In this document: positions 17,695 to 26,784 of the stretch, one piece after another | Layout of the letters: every line of letters starts with the position of its first letter | Position numbering within the stretch: the first letter of the stretch is position 1 | Source of the DNA: Terriglobia bacterium | GTDB taxonomy: Bacteria; Acidobacteriota; Terriglobia; 20CM-2-55-15 | Direction of reading: 5' to 3' | Length of the DNA: 64,000 bases | NCBI GenBank assembly: GCA_965198265.1 | Contig: CBDAPB010000032.1 | Coordinates: 194,557-258,556 of the forward strand | The notes under the pieces: model-generated | Database searches by the model: none | What the model was told of the DNA's origin: nothing | The model's input: only the letters and a program-made list of their open reading frames with translations | Program-made: the position numbers and the translations under genes

Positions 17695-18204
17695 GCGCAA
17701 CGCCTCGAGCTCACTGAAGATCGTCAGCATCGCCGGCCGCTCTCCCGCACTCATTCCGACAAACTGCCATCGGATCTTGCCTTCCCTATCGATGATGAAT
17801 GCGGACGGCCGCGCGATTCCTTCCTGCGGATGGAGGACATCGTAGGCGCGGATATGGTTTCGGTAGGAGTCCGACAGCACGGGGTACGTCAACTTGAGTT
17901 CCCGAACGGTCTGTCGGGCGGTTTCCTGCGGGTCTGCGCTGAGCGCGATCAACTCCGCGTCGAGTTCCTTGATCTTGTCGTAGTTCGCTTGCAGCTCACC
18001 GAGCTGCTCTTGACAGAACGGTCAAGTGTGCATCCGGTAGAAGATTACCAGAACGTTCTTCTCACCCTTGAAATACTCCAGGTTGACCGACGTACCCTGT
18101 ACGGCCATGCCCGTGATGCCCGGCGCCTCGCGTTCCTGGGCGGCCGCCGGCAACGCGGCAGCCAGGGCGAGGACGAGCACCATTGTGATTCGTAAGATTT
18201 TCAT
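17692..18204 (-). CDS. Secreted thioredoxin-fold (TlpA/redoxin/AhpC-TSA family) selenoprotein; in-frame UGA (Sec) at 18022-18024; redox motif U-P-F-C
   Basis: The ORF track splits this into 18022-18204 (signal peptide ... VLVIFYRMHT) and 17692-17952. These join in frame through a TGA, giving HT-U-PFCQEQLGELQANYDKIKELDAELIALSADP..., where U occupies the first position of the CxxC motif. A SECIS-like hairpin follows the UGA. Confidence 0.75.
17991..18007 (-). promoter_or_regulatory. bSECIS-like stem-loop (GCAGCUC-GGU-GAGCUGC) 14 nt downstream of the UGA
   Basis: A 7-bp stem (or a 6-bp stem with CGGUG loop) containing G-U in the apical loop, about 23 nt from the UGA. Confidence 0.55.
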
Positions 18205-18232
18205 GACTATTCGGCGGTCGAACCAACCGTCA

Positions 18233-18919
18233 TTAGGAGTCGGTCGATCCCCCCACGCCTCCTCCTGTGCTTGAAATCATCGGTACAAATCGTACCGGAA
18301 CCGTGTCTTTGATGTCTATCGCTTCATCACTCTGCTTGGTGACAAGTTGGAGGATCTGGCCGTGTAAGGTGTCGCCCACAGGTATCACCATCCGGCCACC
18401 GGCTCGCAGTTGAGCGACGAGCTTCGGTGGAATCGAGTCAGCTCCGGCTGTGACTACGATGCAATCGAACGGTGCGGCCGCCGGCCATCCGGCGTAACCG
18501 TCGCCGATCCTGAAGTCAATGTTCGTGAAGCCGAGTTTTTCGAGGTTCAGGCGAGCCCCTCGAGCCAGTTCTTCACGAATCTCCACCGTGAACGTCATCC
18601 GCGCGAGCTTTGCGAGCACGGCCGTCTGGTAACCGGATCCGGTTCCGACTTCGAGTACCCGGTCTTCGGCCCCGACTCGTAGCATCTCGCTCATCAGGCC
18701 GACGATGTAGGGCTGGGAAATGGTCTGGCCGTCCTCGATCTGCAAGGGAGTGTCCTCGTAGGCGCTGGTCAGCGAAGACGACGGGACGAACTCATGTCTT
18801 GGTACCCGGCGCATCGCGTCGAGTACGCGCTCGTCCCGAACCCCCCGCGCGCGGATCTGCTCGCCGACCATCCGGCAGCGCGCGGATTCCCACTGATCCT
18901 TGCCGCGTGCGCAATCCAT
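18233..18919 (-). CDS. pcm: Protein-L-isoaspartate O-methyltransferase
   Basis: SAM-binding motif VLEVGTGSGYQTAVLA and PIMT family pattern. Confidence 0.9.
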   Translation of the reverse strand: MDCARGKDQWESARCRMVGEQIRARGVRDERVLDAMRRVPRHEFVPSSSLTSAYEDTPLQIEDGQTISQPYIVGLMSEMLRVGAEDRVLEVGTGSGYQTAVLAKLARMTFTVEIREELARGARLNLEKLGFTNIDFRIGDGYAGWPAAAPFDCIVVTAGADSIPPKLVAQLRAGGRMVIPVGDTLHGQILQLVTKQSDEAIDIKDTVPVRFVPMISSTGGGVGGSTDS

Positions 18920-19729
18920 TCAGGGCTCGATCCCGACCAGGGAGATCATCCGGCCCGCCCGGTCTCCATCCCTGCGGTACGAATAGAAGAGGTCAGCCCG
19001 ACACTTCGTGCACAATGAGGAAACGATCACGCGGCTGTGATCAACGCCCGCTGCAATTAACTGAAGCCGGTTGGCTTCGGCCAAGTTCAGGTGGGGCTTC
19101 GTCCACTCCTCACGCCGCTCGAATACGGCCGGGTGGGCAAACCAGTCGTAAACTTCCTCGCCCACTTCCATACAACAGACTCCGATGTGCGGACCCACGA
19201 CGGCCCAGATGTCGCCCGGATCGAGTCCCGATTCTATGACCATACGATCGACGGTGCGACGCGCAACACCCTCGGAGGTGCCACGCCAACCGGCGTGGAC
19301 GGCCGCAACCGCGCGAGAACCCGAATCGGCGATCAGAATCGGCGCGCAGTCGGCTGTTGCGACACCCAGTGCCATTCCCGAAAGCGACGTGAAGGCCGCG
19401 TCTCCCTCGGGCCTCTCGTTCACCGACATGTTGTCATTCACCGCATGAACGATGTTGGAGTGGATTTGCTTCGGCCTGAAAGACGGCCATCCGGGAACTC
19501 CGATCGCGGCCATGAACCGTTCCCGGTTCTCCTCGATATCGGGTCGATCCGGCCCCGTCGCAAAATCGTCGTTCTCCCCCCTGCGCGTCGAGAACGCATG
19601 GACGATCCTGGGAATCCCGGTCAACTGAGGGGCCGTCAGAAAAGTCACCTGCGAGTTACGCTGTACCTGTAACATATTCCGTCCCGCATTAACGAACGGC
19701 CTCCGGCTGTCAGCGATCAGTTTGAGCAC
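18920..19729 (-). CDS. pgeF: Peptidoglycan editing factor PgeF (YfiH/DUF152, laccase-domain purine nucleoside phosphorylase)
   Basis: HAGWRG motif, conserved His and Cys. The true start may be the internal Met at about 19675. Confidence 0.85.
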   Translation of the reverse strand: MLKLIADSRRPFVNAGRNMLQVQRNSQVTFLTAPQLTGIPRIVHAFSTRRGENDDFATGPDRPDIEENRERFMAAIGVPGWPSFRPKQIHSNIVHAVNDNMSVNERPEGDAAFTSLSGMALGVATADCAPILIADSGSRAVAAVHAGWRGTSEGVARRTVDRMVIESGLDPGDIWAVVGPHIGVCCMEVGEEVYDWFAHPAVFERREEWTKPHLNLAEANRLQLIAAGVDHSRVIVSSLCTKCRADLFYSYRRDGDRAGRMISLVGIEP

Positions 19730-19738
19730 GCGTCCCCT

Positions 19739-19774
19739 AACTGACTACTGACTACCGACTACTGACTACTATCC
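19739..19774. repeat. Heptamer-repeat element, half copy: (TGACTAC)5
   Basis: In the divergent pgeF/acpS promoter region, ending 2 nt before the acpS ATG. Confidence 0.8.
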
Positions 19775-19775
19775 T

Positions 19776-20153
19776 ATGATCATCGGAATCGGAATCGACG
19801 TCATTCAGAATGAGCGGATCGCAAAGTCGATCGAGCGGTTCGGAGATCGGTTCCTGAATCGAATCTTCACAGAAGGTGAGACCGCATACTGCAAAGGATG
19901 CGCTCGTCCCGAAATCCACTACGCGGCCCGTTGGGCGGCAAAAGAGGCGGCGTTCAAAGCGCTCGGAACTGGCTGGGCCGCCGGCGTTCGATGGAAGGAC
20001 GTCGACGTGCATCGACTCCCTTCAGGTCAGCCTGAACTCCACCTTTACGGCGAAGCATTGAACCGGGCCACGGCGCTGGGCGCCGGCCGGTTTTTCGTGT
20101 CGCTGACACACGATCATACGGTTTCGGCCGCAGTCGTCATCCTGGAAACCTGA
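19776..20153 (+). CDS. acpS: Holo-[acyl-carrier-protein] synthase
   Basis: GIGIDVIQNERIAK start and AcpS family pattern. Confidence 0.9.
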   Translation: MIIGIGIDVIQNERIAKSIERFGDRFLNRIFTEGETAYCKGCARPEIHYAARWAAKEAAFKALGTGWAAGVRWKDVDVHRLPSGQPELHLYGEALNRATALGAGRFFVSLTHDHTVSAAVVILET

Positions 20154-21460
20154 TCATCGACGGCAAGCCCCGCTCCCTCGAGCGCCGATACGGGGAGAGT
20201 GTGCCATCGGTTCGGCGCCAGTTCCTCAGGAACGCGAATCTTGATGAAGTTGTCGGTCATGCCGGCGCGCTGCCCGTCGACGGCTTTCTCATCGAGGATC
20301 AGCACGGCCAGATCGCGGCCGATGAACCTCTGTCTGAACCGCTCGTTCTTGCGGGCTGCCAAGTTGCGCAAGAGTCGGCCCCTATGCCGGGACACATGGT
20401 CCGGGACAGGGTTCGGCATCTCCGATGCGACGGTTCCGGGGCGCGATGAATAAGGGAAAACATGCAGATAGGTCAGCGGCGACGCGTCGATCAACCGGTA
20501 GGTCTCCATGAAATCGTCGTCGCTCTCGCCCGGGAATCCGACCATGACGTCGGCACCGATCGCGGCGTCGGGCGCACGTTCGCGAATCCGGCACACCAGG
20601 TCGGAGTAATACTCCGGGCTATAGGGTCGGCGCATCGCTCGAAGAATCCGGGCGGACCCGCTCTGCAGCGGCACATGGAGGTGACGGGCCACCCGGCTGT
20701 GGGCGGCCACCAGATCGATCAATCCAGGCGTGACTTCCAGAGGCTCGATGGAGCTCAACCGCAATCGCTCGAGCCGGGGCACCTCATCCAGTACGCTTCG
20801 GACCAGTTCCTCAAAACAAGGCGCGCCACTCAGGTCGCGACCATATGAACCAAGGTGAATCCCGGACAGAACCACCTCACGGTAGCCACGTTCCACGAGC
20901 TCCCGGACCTGTGACAGCAGCGCTGCGGGGGACAGGCTCCGGCTGCGGCCGCGAACCGACGGAATGATGCAGAAAGAACAGTTCGAATCACAACCGTCCT
21001 GTACTTTCACAGTCGCCCTGGTACGTCCGCGCGAACCCTGGTGCGGTGTGCGCGTCAGTTCCTTCTCCTGGAAGATGTCGCTACAGAAGACTTCCGCACG
21101 GCCCTCTCCGGAGGGATCTTCGAGAACGTCAATGGCAAGCTCACCGACCATCGACTTGTGGGAGTTGCCGACAACGTAGCTTACGTTCGGCATCGTGGCG
21201 AGTTCTTCCGGACAGCGCTGGGCGTAGCAACCCGTAACGATAATTCGGGTTTCGGGACTGCGGCGAGCGACACGGCGGATCAAGCGACGAACCTCACGGT
21301 CGGCTTCCTCGGTGACCGTACACGAATTGACGATCAGGACGTCCGCTCCGAAAGCGGTCTTGGAGGAAGAGAGCTCCCCAGCCCTCAGCTCCTCGTGAAC
21401 GGCGGCCCCTTCGGATTGAGCGGCGCGGCAGCCGAAATTGGCGACATGAAACTTCTTCAT
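20114..21460 (-). CDS. Radical-SAM methylthiotransferase (MiaB/RimO/MtaB family, MtaB-like)
   Basis: UPF0004 domain with 3 Cys, radical-SAM CDSNCSFC, TRAM-like C-terminus. Confidence 0.85.
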   Translation of the reverse strand: MKKFHVANFGCRAAQSEGAAVHEELRAGELSSSKTAFGADVLIVNSCTVTEEADREVRRLIRRVARRSPETRIIVTGCYAQRCPEELATMPNVSYVVGNSHKSMVGELAIDVLEDPSGEGRAEVFCSDIFQEKELTRTPHQGSRGRTRATVKVQDGCDSNCSFCIIPSVRGRSRSLSPAALLSQVRELVERGYREVVLSGIHLGSYGRDLSGAPCFEELVRSVLDEVPRLERLRLSSIEPLEVTPGLIDLVAAHSRVARHLHVPLQSGSARILRAMRRPYSPEYYSDLVCRIRERAPDAAIGADVMVGFPGESDDDFMETYRLIDASPLTYLHVFPYSSRPGTVASEMPNPVPDHVSRHRGRLLRNLAARKNERFRQRFIGRDLAVLILDEKAVDGQRAGMTDNFIKIRVPEELAPNRWHTLPVSALEGAGLAVDDQVSRMTTAAETV

Positions 21461-21966
21461 CAGCCTGATTGCAGTCGTTCCTGGGCACGCCGGTTCTTTT
21501 CGGCGACGCCCTCAGCCAGTTTCTTCTTGTGCTCCACCATGCCGGCAGCCAGCGCCTCATCGGCGGTGGCTAGGATCTGTACGGCAAACAGCGCCGCGTT
21601 GGTGGCGCCTGACTTGCCGACGGCCATCGTGGCGACCGGAACCCCCGGCGGCATCTGGACTGTCGATAGCAGCGAATCGAATCCCTTCAGGGGGGAACTG
21701 TCGATCGGGACCCCGATGACCGGCAAGGTGGTCTCCGCCGCGATGACCCCGGCCAGGTGGGCCGCCGACCCAGCCCCGGCGATGATCACCTTCAGCCCAC
21801 GCTCTCTCGCCGTCCGCGCGAATTCTCCGGTACGGGCGGGAGATCGGTGGGCGCTGGATACTTCGACCTCGCAGCCGACTCCGAACTGCTCCAGGACCTT
21901 CACTGCTTCGCGCATGACGGGAAGGTCCGAATCGCTTCCCATGATGACTCCTACCGATGGTTTCAT
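21460..21966 (-). CDS. purE: N5-carboxyaminoimidazole ribonucleotide mutase
   Basis: [11 protein letters not shown] and GAGSAAHL motifs. Confidence 0.9.
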   Translation of the reverse strand: MKPSVGVIMGSDSDLPVMREAVKVLEQFGVGCEVEVSSAHRSPARTGEFARTARERGLKVIIAGAGSAAHLAGVIAAETTLPVIGVPIDSSPLKGFDSLLSTVQMPPGVPVATMAVGKSGATNAALFAVQILATADEALAAGMVEHKKKLAEGVAEKNRRAQERLQSG

Positions 21967-23229
21967 GTGGCTTTCCTGAGTCCTTTCTGTCCGATATCTC
22001 GGCGATAGTCTTTGCCTTCAAAGTCTATCATTTCTGCGACAAAATAAGCCTTTTCAAGGGCTTCCGACAAGGTGGCTCCGATCGCGGTCACGTTCAGGAT
22101 GCGGCCGCCGGCCGTATAGACCCGACCGTCCTCCCATCGCGTTCCGGCATGGTAGACGGTGACGTCGGAGACCCGGCGCGCCTCCGCCAGGCCGGAAATC
22201 TCTTTTCCGGACTCGACCTTGCCCGGGTAGGAGTCCGCCACCAGAACGACAGTAGCCGCGGCGCCGTCCTTCCAATCGAGATCGATGTCGTTCAGGCGGT
22301 GATCCAACATCGCCTGGAACACGTCCACCAGGTCGGTCCGGAGTCGCGGCAGCATGACCTGGGTTTCCGGATCCCCGAAGCGAACGTTGTATTCCACCAG
22401 CTTCGGCCCCTCGTCGGTCAGCATCAGCCCGGCGTAGAGAATACCGAAGTAGCTACCGATCGCTAACAGTGTGGGACGAATGATCCGCTCCACGACATCC
22501 TGCCGCTCCTGCCCGGTCAGCAGCGAGTCCAGGGAATAGGCCCCCATGCCGCCGGTATTGGGACCCTGGTCTCCTGCAAAGCGCGGCTTATGGTCCTGCG
22601 AAGCAACCATGGGTTTGAAATCGGTCCCGTCGACGAACACGTGAAAGGAAGCTTCTTCACCGGCCATGAACTCCTCGATAACGACCCGGGAACCGGCCGC
22701 ACCGAGCGTGCCCGTTTCCATGAGATCGTGGATCGCCCGGCGGGCCTCATCTCGATCCGACGCCACGACCACCCCCTTGCCCGCCGCGAGACCGTCCGCC
22801 TTCACAACGATGGGATAGCTGCCCTCCTCCAGCACCGCATACGCCTCTTCGGCGGTGTCGCATTCCGTGTACGCAGCGGTGGGGATCCCGTTTTCGGAGC
22901 ACAGACGTTTCGTGTGGCTCTTGCTGGACTCGAGCCGCGCCAACTCTGCGGTGGGACCGATGATGGGAAGCTGCCTCTCGCGGAACCGGTCGACGATCCC
23001 CAGGCTGAGAGGCACTTCCGGGCCGACGACGGTGAGCTCGACGCCGTTGTTCTCGGCAAAACCGGACAACGCCTCGACATCTCCCCCGGGTATCGACACG
23101 ACCTCGGCCTGGTCGCGAATGCCCCCATTCCCGGGGGCGGCGTAGATCTTCGAGGCTTTACGGCTCCGGGACAGGGAGTCGACGATGGCGTGCTCCCGGC
23201 CGCCCGACCCGATGACGAGAATCTTCACT
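21963..23229 (-). CDS. purD: Phosphoribosylamine--glycine ligase
   Basis: [14 protein letters not shown] start (GTG), ATP-grasp domain. The ORF track's N-terminal extension to 23411 was rejected. Confidence 0.9.
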
Positions 23230-23575
23230 TCTCTTCCGGTGTCTTCAGGGGCGCCAACGTTTCGTTCAGGGCCCCGGACCGGTAGCCCTCCACGTCGAGC
23301 GTCACGAAACGAAAACCGATCGCTAGCCAACGCTGAGGGGCCGACGGCCGGTCGCTGGGCAAGCCGACTTCGTCGAGGCCGGGCACCAACAGCCATGCGG
23401 AAAAAGGCCATTGTAAGCCAACCCTGGCGCCGGAGCGATCACCGAATCGGTAACGCCACGTCAGATCGTCTCAAACCTATTGTCAAATAAGGGTTTGGGT
23501 CGGGAAAAGCCTTGACAAAGACACGGTCGTCGCTAAGAATTTTCCTAATCAAGTGGAGGAATAAGAAGAATCGAA

Positions 23576-24102
23576 TGCAAGCTACGCTGTTGCTCAATGC
23601 ATCCTACGAACCGCTGCGCATCATCTCGTGGAAGCGAGCGCTGACCCTACTGTTCGCGGGCAAGGTGGAGGTCATCGACGAGTACGACCGCGAGGTCCAC
23701 AGTGTCACGTTTGCGATCAAGCTCCCGTCCATTTGCCGGCTGATCAAGTACGCCCGGGTCAAGAATCGGCACCGCGTCAAGTTCTCCCGCGCGAACATCT
23801 ACGCGAGGGACGACTACAAGTGCCAGTATTGCGGCAAGAAATCCCCGACCGAAGACCTGACTTTCGATCACGTGACCCCGGTCGCGCGGGGCGGCAAGAA
23901 GAAGTGGAACAACATCGTGACCGCATGCTTCAGGTGCAACCACCGGAAGGGAGGCCGCACGCCCGAACAGGCCGGCATGGAACTCATCCGGCCGCCCACC
24001 GAACCTCGATGGCTCCCGGCCTACCACATCACGTTCAGGATCAAGTCACCTCCCGATAGCTGGCGAGACTATCTGTACTGGACCGTCGAGCTGGACGCCT
24101 GA
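23576..24102 (+). CDS. HNH endonuclease family protein (McrA/COG1403-like, stand-alone)
   Basis: CQYCG...DHVTPVARGG...N...CFRCNHRKG HNH motif. GGAGGA ribosome-binding site before the ATG at 23576. Confidence 0.8.
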
Positions 24103-24172
24103 AGCCCCACGGCAGAGATCTGATAACATTCCCCTCCCGAATTCGACGGACCGGTCACAAGGGAGATAGGAC

Positions 24173-24619
24173 GTGGGATTACAGGAGAGAATCCAGGCAG
24201 ACCTCGCATCGGCGATGAAAGCCAGGGAAGCGCTGAAACTGGGCGTCCTGCGGATGGTCAAGACCGCCGTGACGCACAAGGAAATCGAGAAGCGCGAAAC
24301 ATTGACCGACGGCGAGGTGCTGGCTGTTCTGAACACCCTCGTGAAGCAACGTAGAGATTCTGCAGCACAGTTCCGCAAGGGTGGCCGCATCGAATTGGCA
24401 GAGAAGGAAGAAAGTGAGATCGAGGTGATCGAAGCGTATCTGCCGCCGCCCGCAACCGACGAAGAGATTCAGCAGGCGATCGAGGGTGCGATTTCCGAAA
24501 CCGGGGCCGAGGGGCCGAAAGACATGGGCAGGGTGATGAAGGCAACCATGGCTTTGCTCTCGGGAAAGACCGTCGACGGGGGCAGGGTCAGCGGCCTCGT
24601 ACGAGCAAAGCTTCAATGA
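24173..24619 (+). CDS. GatB/YqeY domain protein
   Basis: YqeY family pattern, about 148 aa. Confidence 0.8.
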   Translation: MGLQERIQADLASAMKAREALKLGVLRMVKTAVTHKEIEKRETLTDGEVLAVLNTLVKQRRDSAAQFRKGGRIELAEKEESEIEVIEAYLPPPATDEEIQQAIEGAISETGAEGPKDMGRVMKATMALLSGKTVDGGRVSGLVRAKLQ

Positions 24620-25416
24620 ACGCAGACTTGCGGGAGCTCGGGCAGGGCCGTCCGGACGTTGGCGTCGGTGAACTGGTCGTATTCGATTCGACGGCAGTCG
24701 CGAACCGAGCCGACCCAGCCCCGATCGGCAAGAGTCAGGTCAGGGAGTGGGTCGAGAGCCTCACTTTCACGATCATTTTCGTCCTAATCTTCACAAGCTT
24801 CGTCGCCCAGGCGACGCAAGTCCCGACCGAATCGATGAAACCCACAATCATGGTCGGTGATCACTTCTTCCTCGACAAGTTGGCTTTCGGCGCAAACTAC
24901 CCGGATTTCATGCGCTCGTATCTGCCGCGGCGCAGCCTCGAACGCGGCGATATCGTCGCGTTCCGTTCTCCGACGCAGGGAGACATCCCTTTCGTCAAAC
25001 GCCTGATCGCGCTGCCCGGCGACACCGTCGAAATCCGCGACAAGAACGTCTTGGTCAACGCCGAACAACTCGACGAGCCTTACAAAATCCACGTCGATTA
25101 TTCTATCTATCGTGCGGACCCGTGGACCCCGAGCGAACTCCAGGCCCGCGATAACTACGGACCGGTCACACTGCCGGAAAATTCATACTTCGTGATGGGC
25201 GACAATCGGGACAACAGCAACGACAGTCGGTACTGGGGCTTCATCCGGCGCGGGGACATCATGGGCAAGCCCCTGTTCATCTACTGGTCCTACCGGAGCG
25301 ATCCGTATGTGCCTGGACGCCGCTCCTGGAGGGAGCGCGTCGAGGCCTATCTCTCGATAGCCGCGCACTTTTTCTCCCGGACACGTTGGTTCCGTATGGG
25401 GATGATCATCGATTAG
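24616..25416 (+). CDS. lepB: Signal peptidase I
   Basis: Catalytic SMKPT (Ser), transmembrane helix, GDNRDNSNDSRYWGFI box E. Confidence 0.85.
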   Translation: MNADLRELGQGRPDVGVGELVVFDSTAVANRADPAPIGKSQVREWVESLTFTIIFVLIFTSFVAQATQVPTESMKPTIMVGDHFFLDKLAFGANYPDFMRSYLPRRSLERGDIVAFRSPTQGDIPFVKRLIALPGDTVEIRDKNVLVNAEQLDEPYKIHVDYSIYRADPWTPSELQARDNYGPVTLPENSYFVMGDNRDNSNDSRYWGFIRRGDIMGKPLFIYWSYRSDPYVPGRRSWRERVEAYLSIAAHFFSRTRWFRMGMIID

Positions 25417-25427
25417 GAGGCGCTACG

Positions 25428-25799
25428 ATGGAAGAAGCAGAACGACGCTCGACGCACTACCGTTGGGACGAAATCGAACTCGAAACGCTCAGCCCGGCGA
25501 TATCCAGGAAACTCGTGACGGGCGACCGCGTGATGCTGGCACACGTCATCCTGAAGGCGGGAAGCGTCGTTCCAGCACACAGCCATGAGAACGAACAAGT
25601 GACCTATGTTCTCGAAGGGGCACTCAAGTTCGACATCGAGGGACGCGAGATCGTCGTCCGTGAAGGTGAAGTCCTGCACATCCCGTCCAACGTCGTTCAT
25701 GCGGCTGAAGCGCTCGAAGATACGCTGGACCTCGACGTGTTCTCGCCGATACGGCAGGACTGGTTGGACAAGACCGACGACTACCTCAGACAAACCTAG
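25428..25799 (+). CDS. Cupin domain protein
   Basis: Two-His cupin motifs (PAHSHENEQVTYVLEG ... HIPSNVVHAAEA). Start uncertain. Confidence 0.6.
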   Translation: MEEAERRSTHYRWDEIELETLSPAISRKLVTGDRVMLAHVILKAGSVVPAHSHENEQVTYVLEGALKFDIEGREIVVREGEVLHIPSNVVHAAEALEDTLDLDVFSPIRQDWLDKTDDYLRQT

Positions 25800-25823
25800 C
25801 TTAGCCAGCTAAAAGGACGGTCT

Positions 25824-26615
25824 ATGGATTTAGGACTTCAGAACAAAGCAGCTCTTGTGGCAGCCGCCAGCAAGGGCCTGGGCCGGGCCGTGGCCGAAGA
25901 ACTCGCCCGCGAAGGCGCGCGGGTTGCCATCTGCTCCAGGAACGAAGCCCTTATCTTGCAAGTGGCGGGCGAAATTGCCGGCGAAACCGGCAGCGAGGTC
26001 TTTGGGCTGAAGGCCGACGTTTCCCGGACCGAAGACGTCGAGAAGCTGGTTTCCGGGGTTGCTGGCCGCTTCGGTACGATCGACATCCTCGTCACCAACG
26101 CAGGCGGCCCGCCGCCGGGGACCTTCGACACGCTCGAGAACTCGGCGTGGGCAGCCGCCTTCCATCTGAACCTTTTGAGTGTTGTGAACCTCTGCCGGGC
26201 AGCCATACCCTACATGAAGGTGAATCGGTGGGGGCGAATCATCAACATTACCTCGATCTCGGTCAAGCAACCGGTGGACGGATTGCTGCTATCGAACAGC
26301 CTGAGGGCCGGTGTCGTCGGGCTAGCGAAGACTCTCTCAAAGGAACTCGGACCAGACAATATTCTAGTCAACAATGTATGTCCGGGATTCACCATGACCG
26401 ACCGGGTGGAACAACTCGCAAACGCCACGGCGGAACGCACGGGCGTGTCGAGAGACGACGTAGTCCGAAACTGGGAGTCCACGATCCCGCTGGGCCGCAT
26501 CGGCAGTACCGCAGAGTTCGCGGCTCTTGTCGCCTTCCTGGCTTCGGAGCGGGCCAGCTATATTACAGGCACGACGATTCCCATCGATGGAGGCGCGGTT
26601 CAGGGATTGATGTAG
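25824..26615 (+). CDS. SDR family oxidoreductase
   Basis: NAD(P)-binding fold (G-rich AAASKGLGRA), YxxxK-type active site, NAG motif. Confidence 0.85.
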   Translation: MDLGLQNKAALVAAASKGLGRAVAEELAREGARVAICSRNEALILQVAGEIAGETGSEVFGLKADVSRTEDVEKLVSGVAGRFGTIDILVTNAGGPPPGTFDTLENSAWAAAFHLNLLSVVNLCRAAIPYMKVNRWGRIINITSISVKQPVDGLLLSNSLRAGVVGLAKTLSKELGPDNILVNNVCPGFTMTDRVEQLANATAERTGVSRDDVVRNWESTIPLGRIGSTAEFAALVAFLASERASYITGTTIPIDGGAVQGLM

Positions 26616-26784
26616 TTGAGTAGTCAGTAGCCAGTAGTCGGTAGTCAGTTGGCGGACGCTCAGCAGCCATTGTGGCCCGAACCGCCACGACAAGCAAAAC
26701 CGACAGGTGACAAGCCAGTCAGTGAAACGCGGAAACGTAACTGACTACCGACTACTGACTACTGACTACTGACTACTGACTACT
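26613..26784. repeat. Heptamer-repeat palindromic element with an 85-nt core (arms (GTAGTCA)n / (TGACTAC)7)
   Basis: Fills the entire SDR-HDAC-like intergenic space. Its core is related to the 35241-35374 copy. Confidence 0.9.

Noticed and set aside
23230-23411. A 60-codon N-terminal extension of purD
   Set aside because: PurD homologs begin at the (V/M)[13 protein letters not shown] motif. The extension is low-complexity and lacks a ribosome-binding site.
26613-26784. The heptamer arrays as CRISPR arrays
   Set aside because: The repeat unit is 7 nt with no unique spacers. The arms are inverted copies. No cas genes.
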